A DNA stretch of 54,355 nucleotides, counting the filler, from Basidiobolus ranarum (taxonomy: Eukaryota), in NCBI GenBank assembly GCA_040143965.1. It is 4 parts of 4 records of this genome, joined end to end, with 100 filler letters (N's around TTAATTAATTAA, not from the genome) between each part and the next. Parts side by side here need not be neighbours in the genome. Positions count along the whole stretch, not along the records: positions 1 to 13,562 come from JASJQH010007352.1; positions 13,663 to 27,213 come from JASJQH010007353.1; 2 more parts are not named here. The stretch is one strand, 5' to 3'. Positions 10,794 to 23,519 of this stretch are shown piece by piece (the stretch's first letter is position 1; every line of letters starts with the position of its first letter). The translations under genes and the position numbers were made by a program. A model generated the notes under the pieces. That model ran no database searches. It was not told where the DNA came from and saw nothing but the letters and a program-made list of their open reading frames with translations.

Positions 10794-10848
10794 GAACTTA
10801 GCGAAACAGATTACCCATCTACGAACTTAGCAAAACATATTACCCATT
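10794..10848. repeat. Imperfect 29-nt tandem duplication downstream of the stop codon
   Basis: gaacttagcgaaacagattacccatctac / gaacttagcaaaacatattacccat. Confidence 0.75.
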
Positions 10849-11289
10849 TGTACACCCTTACTGGTACTATACCAATAAGATATAATAATAAATCACTTGT
10901 TTCAGGGCGATGTCAGCTCTAGATTTTCACACTGAATCTGCCAAGAAAAAATCAAGAGATAGCTGTCTATGCAGAGTAATTAGAATTATTTCATGTAGAT
11001 ACAGATAATTGGAATATGCATTTTACCTTTCGATTATACTCATAGTCTATATATCTTACCTGTCTTCTAGTTAAACATTGTTATCAGACTAATATATCGC
11101 TTTGTGACTTTAGATGATTGCCATAGAACTTGAATGTACTCCTGATTAATCCATTGGAGTTTGCTAATGGCTTGTACCACATGAAATAATAGTATCCAAG
11201 TCACTGGCCACATGTCAATCCATTCTGCAACAGCTTGCTTACTTGATCACGGTTTGTGTAACGCAATTACCGCGGTTGGATGCAGATGA

Positions 11290-12240
11290 GCAATGTAGAA
11301 ATATCAACCCATGCCAATCATAAAAAAGTCGGATAGTAATTGCATAATTTATTTTTAGGCCCAAGTGTTATGTTTGAATAATGATGTATATTGCATTGGT
11401 AGAGTTAGGGAAACGGTAGTTGTGGCCCATTTGGCGAATTCTTGAGCAACTTTGAGAGTTCGTTTTCCAATTTTCAACTAAAGAAAGTAGACTATCAACC
11501 CTAACTCTAAGCATAGAGGTAACTAGTAAGATAAGGAAAGAATATTCTTATACCTACCTAACTGCTACTCTTTGTCATATTAAAATTCTGCTGGACAAAG
11601 GCGAAACAATCTCGATCAACAATTTACTTCGTTTAGATCTGGTTATGCTGCCAAGGAAGGTAGTGAACTTAGGTTTTCAGTGGGTAACCTGGTCCATTTG
11701 ATTTCAGCGTTGTTGTATTGTCTCGTGGACATATATACCCCTGCCATTGGTAATACGCAACATGATTCACGATAGCATGATCGCAGTTATTAGGTGCTAT
11801 TACCATTCATGAAATAAGAACCTGTTATTTCACTGCTACTTGAACGTAAGTATTGGCCAACATAGTGACTTGTTACATAGTTCTTCAAAGGGGTGGGAAG
11901 TATACTTCTGCTTGATTTAGAAATCCTACTGGTAATCATACTTGAGTGATTCTGGGGGAACTTTCTGAATCAAGTTACATATCCTGTGTATAAACGCTGT
12001 CCCCATTTAATCAGTTCACTACTTTTATTCAAGGTGGCTGTAACAAGTTTAGGCCTATAAGATAAACTAGTTTGGTGAAGAAATATGAGGCGAGATGTAC
12101 TTGATAAGCAAGAATATTGGGTTTGGTAGCATTTATGCTGGAAACTAAGTGGCATTGTATTCGTAAAATTAAGGTGATTTAATGAAAAATTAGCCGCATA
12201 ATGTAATACGTTGCGTACCAGTTTGATGGTGAACAACTCT
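11290..12240 (-). mobile_element. Possible heavily degraded LINE APE-endonuclease region
   Basis: Fragmentary motifs in the expected order: LIFLHQT (cf. LQET), EVYFPP (cf. VYxPP), TNGRG. Many stops and frameshifts; boundaries approximate. Confidence 0.35.
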
Positions 12241-12553
12241 CAACATTAGATTAAGTCATGGCTAGAACACCGTCATAAAGAATTCTCAATAGCGTCATGA
12301 AATGAGTAATATTCCATAGGAACATTAACGCTGTTAATAATTTTATTCACATCAGTCATCACGTGCTACTTAGAAGATCTATAATACATGAGGTTCAAGA
12401 GAGGCTTGCAACACGACACGAAACGAGTACTTAAAACCCTCAACACGGCAACTTTAACATTGTACTTTTCATCACTTCGACAAAGCTCATAGCATGCCTA
12501 CTTTCACCGAATCTTTATATCATTGGGTCCCAGTATAGAATGGTGAAATTAGC

Positions 12554-13562
12554 GGGATGAAAAGCACCATATGGTGTGAGCTTTATTTAGCTTAAATCCT
12601 AATCTAAACAAAGTGACAATCAAGACATTAATCTTTTAAGATATTGTGACAATACTGCATCATATCCATACTTAACTTGATGACCAATGTATTCAAGTTC
12701 AGAGGATGTAAATATGGTATTAAGGGGCAGAGGTAGCAAGCTGAAAGGAAGGTACTCAGTACAAACTAGATGGACAATAGAACAAAAACCTGGAATAATG
12801 GGAATCAAGAAAGGTGTCTTAGAGGCAAGGTATTGCTTCCAAAGGTCTAGCTGGAAGTCTATAGCAACAATTTTAGGCTGTTTTTTTTCATGCAGCTGTA
12901 AAGCCAACTCAGCAACAAGAGGATCATCTTGTATCAACTTCCAGCATGATAGTGCATTTGACGATGGTGTGGCTAGCCACTTCTTAATCAGTGGATTTCT
13001 ACAGTCATTTAGTTGGAGTAGAAATCTTGCCCTGAGTAAAACTACTCTAATATAATATGGGAAAAATCCAAAAGTTTCATTCAGAGCATGATCATAGGGA
13101 GTCTCAGGCAAGTTAGGCATCAGCAGCCTGAGGCAGTAGCTGATGAATCTATCAAGCTTACAGTAGTCTCTTTGGTTGAGTGGGAGCAGATGTACTCCAT
13201 ATTCCAGAACTGGTATCACAAACTCCTTGAGAAGTCATTAATAGCCATAATAAGATGTATTGGATGGTGTAACAGCAAGTAACTTGTGAACAGCCTGTTT
13301 AGCCAAAGCAATTCTAAATGACAAGCGTTTCTTCACATCAATGCCAGTTTGAGTAAATGGAAAGCCTAGATATGTTGCATGGCTCATATGAAGAAGCTGA
13401 GTATCATACAAGGAAATAGTGCAACCAATTAGAACTGTTTTGGCAATAGAAAGCTCCAAGTTATTTTCTGAAAGGTATCTCTGAATAGTAGCAGTATCCA
13501 GCTGAGGCTGAGAAGTAGAAACTCTGATATCATCAGCAAATAAAGTAAGCAGAGATCCAGGG
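12554..13562 (-). mobile_element. Non-LTR retrotransposon family A, 3' part of the RT ORF plus 3' UTR (disrupted; cut by the contig end)
   Basis: One frame reads LFADDI...TYLGFPF..GID...IPVLEYG, with in-frame stops near 13235-13240. Second copy at 27314-28020. Confidence 0.88.
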
Positions 13563-13662
13563 NNNNNNNNNNNNNNNNNNNNNNNNNNNNNNNNNNNNNN
13601 NNNNNNTTAATTAATTAANNNNNNNNNNNNNNNNNNNNNNNNNNNNNNNNNNNNNNNNNNNN
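13563..13662. other. Artificial contig spacer
   Basis: N44-TTAATTAATTAA-N44 (stops in all six frames). Confidence 0.99.
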
Positions 13663-16600
13663 CTGGCTGAGCTCTTTGAAGGGAGACCAATGTAGCTCGC
13701 TGATTCTCTTCAGCTTCTCGTCTTAATTTTGCTAAAGCTCGCTCAGATCGATCATGTGTAGAGCGCAATTCATTAAGCTGAGTTTCAAGAGTCTCCTTAA
13801 TCTGCTCTAGCTCTACAGTTCTCGTTTGAACATCTGAAAGTTCGGTTTGAAGTAATCTATTAGTCGCCACATGCATGTCAATTTCATCTTGAAACCGAGC
13901 CTCCAATTCATTGATAACTCGAGGATTATTGGGATTAGATTCATCGATCACCCCTCCTGTCCATTTACTCCGGAGCTGTTGATAGAAACTTCCTCTTCTT
14001 TCAGGAGAGTTGACAATCGTTGCCCTTCTGGCAATAGTGAATGACTTGACTTTGTCACGGATCTTCAGATCCATATCCTTAAGTTTAGAATCGTAGAGTT
14101 GCTTTTGTGACGCCAACTCCAATTCCTTAATTCTTAAATCTTTACCCAAGTCTTCACATCGTTGTTGGGACTCGAGTAGCTGCTTCTCGGCGGTACGCTT
14201 TTCCTTCCAAGTACGAGCCAACTCAGTTTCCAGCTGTTCGGTAAGTGAAACAGCGTCTGCACAAACCTTTTCAGTTGAACTGACTTGTTCTTTGAGACGT
14301 ACAATCCTCTTTTTTGCGACAAAGAGCTCTCTTTCAGATTCTTCAAGTTGCTGTTTACCTTTTGTCTCAATCTCAGCTACGGATTCGCGATATTTTGCTT
14401 GAAGCGTTGTTAATGCATTCATTGACTCGACTTTGTGGGCCTCTAACCGTGAACGAAGCTCTTGCACTTCTCTACCAAGTTTTCCCTCACGAGTTTGTGA
14501 CACCATGATAGTCTCTTGGAAACTGCGACACTGCTTTTCGTAACTTGCTTTTTGCGATTTAAGAGTCTCGATTTCGAGAGCATATAAACCAAGATCACTT
14601 TGAAGCTTACATATTTCTTGGACACTATGGCCAGAGAAAGTAGAAGCACGACCTCTAGTAGAGTCTCTGAAAGATGTAGTAGGGATATTTGATCCAACAT
14701 CTGGTGTGATATTTGGGTCCGCTGTGAGAGTGTCAATGGATGACTCACAATTTCCAAAAGTCAATCTTCGAGTCTCCTCCTTTATCTCAAGAGTAACATC
14801 AGGTTTATCAAAGCACGCAATAACATCTTCAATCTGAGTGGTTGGATCATCCAGTGTATTATTGATATCGGCAATAAACTCTCCAAAGGACTCGCAACTC
14901 TGGTCGCAAGTAATCAACTGAGCTATAGTAACTTTCAACTTGTTCTTAAATAACTGCAATTGGTCATCCATATCTCTCCGCGATGCTTGAGCTATGCGCA
15001 CCTGAGCTTGTACCTCCGCAAGTTTGTTGGTCAGTTCAGTCATGGAGTAAGGAAGTGCTTTCCGGCCTTCATTACCATCAGATTCGTCATCTAAAGCTAC
15101 TGCTGAATCACGGTCATGATCGAAACTGGACACACTACTTCTAGAGTTGCTAATATCGATGGCTTCTAATTTTTCCGGTATTGAAATCCGGGTTGTGTTG
15201 ATTTGAGCTAGGTCTTGACGTTCTTCAGAATCGCGATCAATTATAACTTTAGTAGACATCTTTTCGACATTCTCCAGATTTTTCATGACGGACTCTGCTA
15301 TCTTGGACTTTTCTATTTCTTGAACTTCGAGATCTCTCTGTGCACACTGAAGTTCCTGCTTCAACTTTTCTATGCTCTCTTCCAATACGTGTATGCGATT
15401 CGAAGACTCTACAACTAATTGCGTCTTTATCTCCAGCTCCCCTTGGAGTGACGAAACAGCATCTAAGAGGTCATGCTCCTTCTTTTGTGCCAATATCTCA
15501 AGTTTCTCTTGTTCAGTAGCATTTTGTCTCAAGTCATTTAGTCCTTTTTGAAGTTCGTTGGATTCCTTTAGCAACGTACCTGCCTGGGTTTCTAACATCG
15601 CAAGGTGCTTATTTCTCTCGGTTACCCAAGTTTCCATTTGTTGCGTTACTGAATCTATAATGGAGATTAGATTTGGAGATGTGGAAGCTGTTTGCTCCTC
15701 TCGTACTAGTGTACTAGATAAGTGTGCATGATCCGGGTCAATATCAATCCCGCAATCCAGCATAGATTGGATATGAGCAGAAAGCGCTATGCCCATCTGC
15801 TTGATTTCTGAGGTTTGACCTTGAAGTTGATGTTTCCAAGCACTCTGATCAGTTTGAAGATTTTGAATTTCAAGATTCTTGACTTCAAGTATCCCCTGGA
15901 GCATCTCTAACGTCGCTTCAAGCTTGTTGACTCGGCTTTCCATGGTAGATAACTCGTCTTTACTAACACGAAGAACGGATTCCTCTTGAGATTGGCTAAT
16001 GCCTAATTCTTGAATCTCCGATAACTTTTCATAAACTGAAGATTCAAATAAGTAAATTAACTTTTGCTGCTCTGCCAAAGTGAGCACAGCATGGTCAAAT
16101 TCTTCAGCTAGTTCAAACAAGCATTTGAGGTATTCTTTTTCCTTAACCTCAGCTTCCGTAAGTTCGGCGGTCAAGGAGGAAATCTTCTCTTCTTTTTGAT
16201 TCGTTAGATCTATATTCTCTTGGATATACGCCTCTAACAGGATTACCCGGGTTTCATTTTCTGAAAGAGATTTATCCTTTTTCTCAAGTTCTACATTCAT
16301 ATCATATAGAGCCCTTAGATACTCTTTTTCCAAAGTATCGTAGTCATCGAGTTGTTGCCGAAGTTCGGAGATCTGAGGAACGTCGACTGTTTCTTTAGAG
16401 GTCAACCGCTCCTGAATAGCTGACTCAAGTAAACAGATAGATCTTTCGTAATCAAACTGCACTTGTCTTGCCAAAGAAAGCTCTTGGTTCAACTCTAATA
16501 TGGTCATATAGTAGTCTTTCTCCGCAATCTCGAATTCCATAGAGTCTGGCTGCGATCTATGCAGTTCCTCAGCATTGATATTCTCAATGGCATCAACCTT

Positions 16601-18970
16601 TGGCTCAATGGCCCTAAGATTCTCCGAAGTGGCATTTAAAGCTGTCTCTTGCATATCTTCGAGTTCACGTTGGAGTTTTAATACCGTTTGCTCCAGAACA
16701 GTCTCTCTTTTCTTAGCATGGGAAAGTGATTCAATCGTTTCATCTAGTTCTGATTTCATACTCATAATGTCAGAGTTTACTGAATCATCAGATGTAGATT
16801 TCTCTAATTGAATACTAAGATCCCTTATAGTCGAGTCAAATAACTCAACTTTTTTGAATGCGCTATCAAGTACGGCCTTAGTTTTCTCCAGCTCAAGGTT
16901 CAGTTGAATAACTATTTGATTGTGCTCGCGCTCATTTTCCTCTGCGATTGATAGTTTTTCTTGGGTTTTCAAAAACTCGGCTTTCAAATTCTGAAGCCCT
17001 CCTTCCAGATCAAAAGTTGGACTCAACTCCTGGTCTTCAATGTGCAAACCCAAATCACACACAAGACTTTGAACAAGACTAGTCATTTGGTCTAATTCGT
17101 CGGAGTTCGCTGGTATACTACGCTGCTCATCTCTTTGAGCTTGAGATTCGCTTTGTTCTTCGACTAGTTTTGAGAGCTTATCAGCTAACATGTCGATTTC
17201 TTCTCTCTGCTTTGCGACCATGAGTGTCAACTCAGATTCTTTGGCTTCAGAAATTGAGTATCTCTCCTTGAAACTGGCTATTGTCAATTCGCTCTCTTTT
17301 AACTTCGAATGAACCGAATCTATATAAGACTGGCCAAAATTGGCATGTTCAAGTTTTTCTGCCAGTCGTTCGGTATGTTCAACTACAAGCTGAAGATGAA
17401 TCTTTTCGTCTTCTAATTCAGTGACCATTCTATGATTAATAAGCGACAATGATTCCTCTCTTTGCTTTGCTTCGCTTAAGCTCGCTCTGAGAGCATCTAA
17501 TTGTTGATTTAAACTTTCATTGATACTCTGTTCGTTGACCACATGGTCAACATCTAGGTCTTGAATATCCTCGTCTTGTAAAGAAAGCATGGTAGTTATC
17601 AACGCTTCAAGTAAGCGTTCTCTGCTACTTGCTATTGCAAGGGTATGGCCAATCTCCTTGTATTCAGCATTCCAAGCACCAGCCATGGAATAAAATTGAG
17701 TCTCACGACTCTCATACTCCTGCAAGCACAGTTGAGTATTCTTGAGTTGCTCTTGAAGCTCGGATATCCTATCATTATATATTGAAATTTCATGATCAAA
17801 ATTGGATTTAACCTCGAGTTCCAAAGTCTTGTATCTCTCCTCTATTTCTGCGTTGTGTCGTGTTAACTGCTCATTCTCAGCTTGAATAGCCACAATACTA
17901 TTGTTGAGTAAAATCTCATGTTGCTGACTCTCGAATAGTTGTTGTTGAACAGCTTCAAACTGTTGATTTAATTCGAAGATGGCCTTGGTGAATTCTTGTT
18001 CACGGGAATCTACTTCAGGAGCTGGAACATTCGGTTGGCTCTGGTCTTCAGTAAACTTCTCATCCTGAGATTTTTCACTGAATTGTTGTTCTGCTTCCTC
18101 GGATTCATATCTGGGCCTTTCTAAATCTTCATCCTCAAGTGAGGCTTGACGATCCTTTCGGTCTGGGATGGTATCATTCTTGGTTTGTGTTTTCGGCCTG
18201 GGGGAATGAGATTTGCATTCCAGATTCTCAGTATTGGCTTTCATATCGGTGACTATTTCATTGATATATGCTTTTAAATTATCCTGGAAAATCGCGAAAT
18301 GGTCCTCAATTAAACTCCTATCAGCCTCGGATATCGTTGAATTACTTAAAATTTGACCTTTAATACCAGTTGCTTTGCTCAGTACCTCTTCTTCAAGAGT
18401 TTCGATATGGTTCAAATAACCTCTACTATAAGCTAACGGATTCTTTGATTCGTTTGCTGAAATCAAAGCAGACTCTGATTTAAAAGCATTCTCAGCCATT
18501 TCACCTTTTGAGATCACACGGGTATGCTCTAAATCGCCAGTATTTTTGGACCCAAGAGTTAGAACCCCAAAGCATCGATCAAAACCCTCCAATAGAGGCC
18601 GAATATTTTTCACTCTTTGCTTTAATATGGCCTTGGCAAGAGAATAATCCTCAAGCTCTTCAACAGTAGATTGTTGTTTTAGAGTTGGTTCCTCTTCTTG
18701 TTTACATTGAACGTTCTGCTCTATAGGTTGTGAAATGCAGTCTTGAAGTTCAAGTAAAACATCTTGAAGTTCTTTAACATTAAGCTTCTCAGTAGTTTCT
18801 TCTTGACTTTCAGTTCGCCCAATAATCAAAGACATAAGCTCCACTTTCTCCTGTACACTAAGAAACACCTGTGAATAAGTGGAACCCTTGGTCTCAACAA
18901 TTGGAGATATTGGGGAATTTAAGGCTTCTTCTGGTTTCTCTATAGTTTCCTCATGTTGTAAACCCGACAT
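13663..18970 (-). CDS. Very large acidic coiled-coil protein (>1760 aa; 3' end missing), function unknown
   Basis: Uninterrupted 5.3-kb ORF rich in E/L/Q/K heptads with no recognisable catalytic motif; runs into the contig gap. Confidence 0.9.
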
Positions 18971-20249
18971 GTTTTCGGTGGCGTTCAGAAACCCTCAGTT
19001 TCCGGGATGACTTCTTGTTTCGCAATCTGAAAAAGGTATCTTGGTGAAAAGAGCTCTATACACCGCAAAGTATACAAATATAATAGGTCCCAACTGTGAA
19101 TATGCAGTCAGTCAAAAGAGTTTGAGCTCAAGTATAGTTGAATATATCAACTTGAGAGAGGGGTAGAGAGTGAAAGTATAATCCAAGAATAAAAAAATAT
19201 AGTTGAAGAGACCAAAGTAGAATATCAATCTTTAAGAGAAGGAAATACCACGGCTCATAAAGTACGATATCTATGCAAGTGAAAGCCTCGGGGACTGACT
19301 TGAAAGGGTTAAATATGGAACAGGTAATACAACACTACATAAATATATTAAGAAATATAATAGTTTGTTTGATATATAAAAGTGTACAGCATGTCGTGTC
19401 TGTTAATGCCCATATGTCCATTTGCATCATTTAATCAATAAAGTATACTATATAAGCAGAGAGAAGTAGAATTCCCATAGAGTGCCACAGTAATACTTAG
19501 TAGTCACAAAACTCCAACAGACCAAGATAAATGCCCGACAGGGATGTATACTTGATACAGAGCTTGGTGCATCAAATATGCAGGGATCATTACTGCAAAA
19601 GATGCACCTCGCATATTGGATAAGTTTCAATGTGTTACGTGCTTAATAAATACGATATTGGATGGGATTGATTGAGGAATTCAAATCTAATACCGTAAGT
19701 TTACAGCTCTCGATGGATTAGTCATTAGAATGGCACAGATAATGATGAGCAAAATATTAAGTCAGCTTCGATATTAAGAGCAATATTTCCTTCATGAAAT
19801 CATAATAAGTGCTCTGGCTGGTCAGTGGCACCTTTTGTGTTGATAATCCCCACTTTGCTCCTGCATCTTCCCCTACGCAACAGAAGTTATTCTCTGCTCA
19901 CTCTGGTGTTTTTATACCATAATCTATACAGTAACTTTCCTATACAATATGGAATACCTACGAGACGATGCAATAGAGTTGGCTCTTATCATAAACAATT
20001 TTGTATAATCGTATTAGTACTGACTTGTGTTCCACTATCGTCTATCTTAAATGAGTACAATAATTTCTTTCCTTAACCAACCTCAAGGAAAACGTAAACA
20101 GTGTTACAATCAATGAACTAATAAAAAGCCTAAGAATACTGAAGCTCAGAACATGGTTACTTTCAAATTATTGGGACATGTAGATATCGTACAAGAGTGA
20201 TAGTTAATTTATTTGTGGATTCTTTCATCAGGCATTAACCATTAATGTC

Positions 20250-22030
20250 TATCCCAATCCAGACTCTACAAAATAGCTAACCAAAGAATTAAGAGATATA
20301 AATTATTGTGAAACATTCCAAATTGCCTACCGTAATTGGATCAAATTACAATGACTGATTCTTAGATGTCTTGTGATTGAATATAATGGATTTAGTCGTT
20401 TAAAGTCCTAAATACATTAACAGCAGCGTACTTAATCCTAAACAAAATCGCAATAAGGCATCACGCCTCCAACTAAATATTCTTCTAATGCCACACCGAC
20501 CAGCATCAAATATTACACAGAATTGATGAGCCAGTGAATTAGAATCTTCATAGGAAGGATATTTCATATTTTGATGCGTATAGGCAGCCCTTCAATGGTT
20601 AAGTTAATATTCTCAAATGTCAGTATTTAATACTAAGAATTTGCCACCATTGGCATCTATGTTCAGTTAGATATTTGGTTCCAGAACATTAACATGGAGC
20701 CTCGGATTTAACGTTTGTTTGCATCAGCAATATATAGAGGCTTGTCAGATGGCCAATCATCATGAATCTTAAGCTTAGACAAGTAAGCCTGCTTCACTCA
20801 CTTGAAGATCTAGCAAAGAGATGGCATATCTAAACTAGTTGAACAGAGCAAAGCGAAATTGGCCATAATGTTTGCGCCATAAGTGCCTAAGATACAACTA
20901 GCGCCATAGATAATACGGCTTTGTTTCGGTAGCTTCAGGCTCAAGCAATGAAGCATAACTGCAATTAGTAAAGAAAAATCCCGAGATATCATGGATATGT
21001 GATGGATGTTGCCTTACTTTGCAAATGTATAGACTCAGAACACGATATAGAATGTACCGGTCAAAGTTCCATCTTGGCGAAAGATATCTCTCATATTTGA
21101 GCACAATTAGAGGGTATAACCCATTCCAATTGAATACTGCACACTCACTGGAGTGTATATACCCATAGTTAGTGAAGGAATGCCTTTTTTGTTTACTGTG
21201 TGAACAAAATAGAGACTAACATAGTATTTAGCTTCAATGTATAATCGTGACAAGAGAAAAAGTATAATGATTCAAGAAGCACAATTTCAGTTTGGTGTAT
21301 TCTAGTAGATCGATGTTACATTGATAGAAGTTTTTGTGATTGAATATAATTAATGCACTCTCTGTCTTATCAAATCCCCCTCAAACTACTGCTAAACTGA
21401 AAAAACCTATTGGCACTTCTATCCTCGTAAGTAGCTATTACTTAGTGGATTAGCACAGAGAGTTTGTACATGTATGACTCTGACGTACTGTCTAAAAGGA
21501 CCTTTGAATCTTAGATTTGGCTTCATCTCTATAATTAGTCGTCCAATCAAGCTTTTGTATGACCCAAAAAAATTAAATATGGATTAGTGAAAGTTTTTTA
21601 ATGCATCTAGTATGCACCTAGAGCCTCTATAAGACAAAGCGTTGCCCAAAGCTGCAATTTTTTTCTCTGGTTTGGCCACTTACAAGTCCAATGTATTCCA
21701 ATCTGTGCCGTAATAAGCCTAGAGAAAGTCAAAGGTGACCAGTATTGCATCTGTCCCTCAACAAAATTTAGAAAAATCATCATCTCAACATACACAAAGG
21801 GGTATTTACAGTGGCGTACCCGTGTAACAACTGAATCATCACGCTCATTGGAGCTTCCCATCTTTTGGCTCCATATCAAAAAACCAACCAATTCTAAAAG
21901 TTGATTGCTGGTAAAATTATATTGTTAACTTGAATTCACTCCTTGTTTCATCAGCAGCATATCCAAATCTAGAAATCTGGAGGGATCTGTATATCTCATT
22001 CAACCATGAAAACTAAGAGCACTCCAAAAA
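20250..22030 (-). mobile_element. Heavily degraded LINE reverse-transcriptase relic
   Basis: Remnants in order: LLMKQG..NFTSNQLL (cf. K.G..NYRPISLL), VTFDFL*AYYGTDWNTL (cf. FLDFxKAYDxVxW), RRIFSWR (cf. C-terminal RWR). Boundaries approximate. Confidence 0.5.
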
Positions 22031-23519
22031 CAGCCCTTTATGTAATCCATGTTCATTTTAATCGTGCTAGTTATTTTTCCCTAAAAGAGTTTAGTAAGAC
22101 TTCATTGCATCACAAGTATAATGAATTTCCTGTACGTATTAACTTGTATTAATCTGTTTCATAGTGTGGTTGACTGTTCAATTGTTTCTTGCAATCGTGC
22201 ATAAGAATCTCAAACATATTTGGCAACAGATTAGCATGCTAGCACTATACCTTCAATTCTGCTGATAATAGAGTAACTTCATGCCTACCGTGAGCGGCGA
22301 ACATGATATGGGGATAAAGGCCGCTTAGCTTGTATCTGGAGTGATAACTCGTAGAAGATCTTAGCCATTAGGGTCGGTAAGTAGAAAGGTGCTACCTACT
22401 GGAACCATCCTCGAGTTGGATTTATGCGTGCAAGTTTATGGTAGAGTTGCTGTCTCGTGTGATGTTTGGGTTTATATTCTTTGGACCCGCATTAATGTTA
22501 AATTTTGAGTTTTGAGGCGTAAATCACTAAGAGATGTTTGATATATGGCTCACATGCATACCTGGAACCTACTCTGCATCAGTATTTATAATTATTTCGA
22601 TGTAAACGTTGTAGCACCTATTCCACTTCCAAGTCTTATTTGTGTGTATGCACTTTGCTTATATAATTTGTGTATTTTAACCATCGAGGTTCTATTCTAG
22701 ATCTGCCTGAAGTACATCTGGTATCAATTTATCCTTCTTGACTGGAACTGGAAGGAAGAGCCAACTACTGGAAAAATGTCTAAGGGTTTCTCAACCAAAT
22801 ATATCATTCCATAAGGGGATGAGAGAGGTTCGATTCATATCGAAAACGGGTCATGTTCCAGACAAACCATCTTATTCAGTTCACCAAGACCATGGAGAAA
22901 CGCGGCTCTTCACAAGCACAGTAGGAAGGCTTCCCATTCAGTATCTCTTCAGAGTAGCCCTACAAGTAGCCAGATAGTATATCCTTAGGGTACATTCTCA
23001 TCATTCAATCTGGATACTCGATTCATCAACATCTTTAGGTGACAGAAGCGTACGAAAGGGGTAAATTCAACTAATCTAATCATATTTGGAGCGCTTGTGA
23101 ATTCCCACCAAGACATTAGTTGGGCTTGTATAGCGATCATTTGTTCAATAAATCCCTCGCTAATGATTATGATCCAGTTTGTGTTTTACTCCTTAGAGTA
23201 TTTTTGCTTATGTGTAGTGATGATCATATTCTTCGACCCTGGATCACACGTCAAGTGAACTGCTCCTTTCTAGGAGCCAGGTAGTCTGCCAAGGACTATA
23301 TATAATATACCTCACTTTCAGCAAATCACCAAGATCTACTACTATAGTAGCTGAGTAGCTCTTGTACTTCAATTTTTTCGAAGTTGGTTGCCTTGCTTGT
23401 ATTATCCTGTCGTGTTGTGTGTACTTTCAATACTTCAACTATTTAACCCAATTTGCACAGAGCCAATTACTTCCAATATCCCTCTCATCTCTACGTATTT
23501 TGATTGTGATAATTGAAGC

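Noticed and set aside
1-13562. Contig 1 as bacterial contamination because of the CHAP and PaaK-like genes
   Set aside because: The genes carry canonical spliceosomal introns and TATA boxes, and the contig shares a LINE family with contig 3.
13563-13662. TTAATTAATTAA palindrome within N runs (also 27214-27313 and 40797-40896) as a biological repeat
   Set aside because: It is an identical artificial spacer between contigs of decreasing length. ORF tails ending in XXXLIN are artefacts, and no cross-spacer linkage was used.
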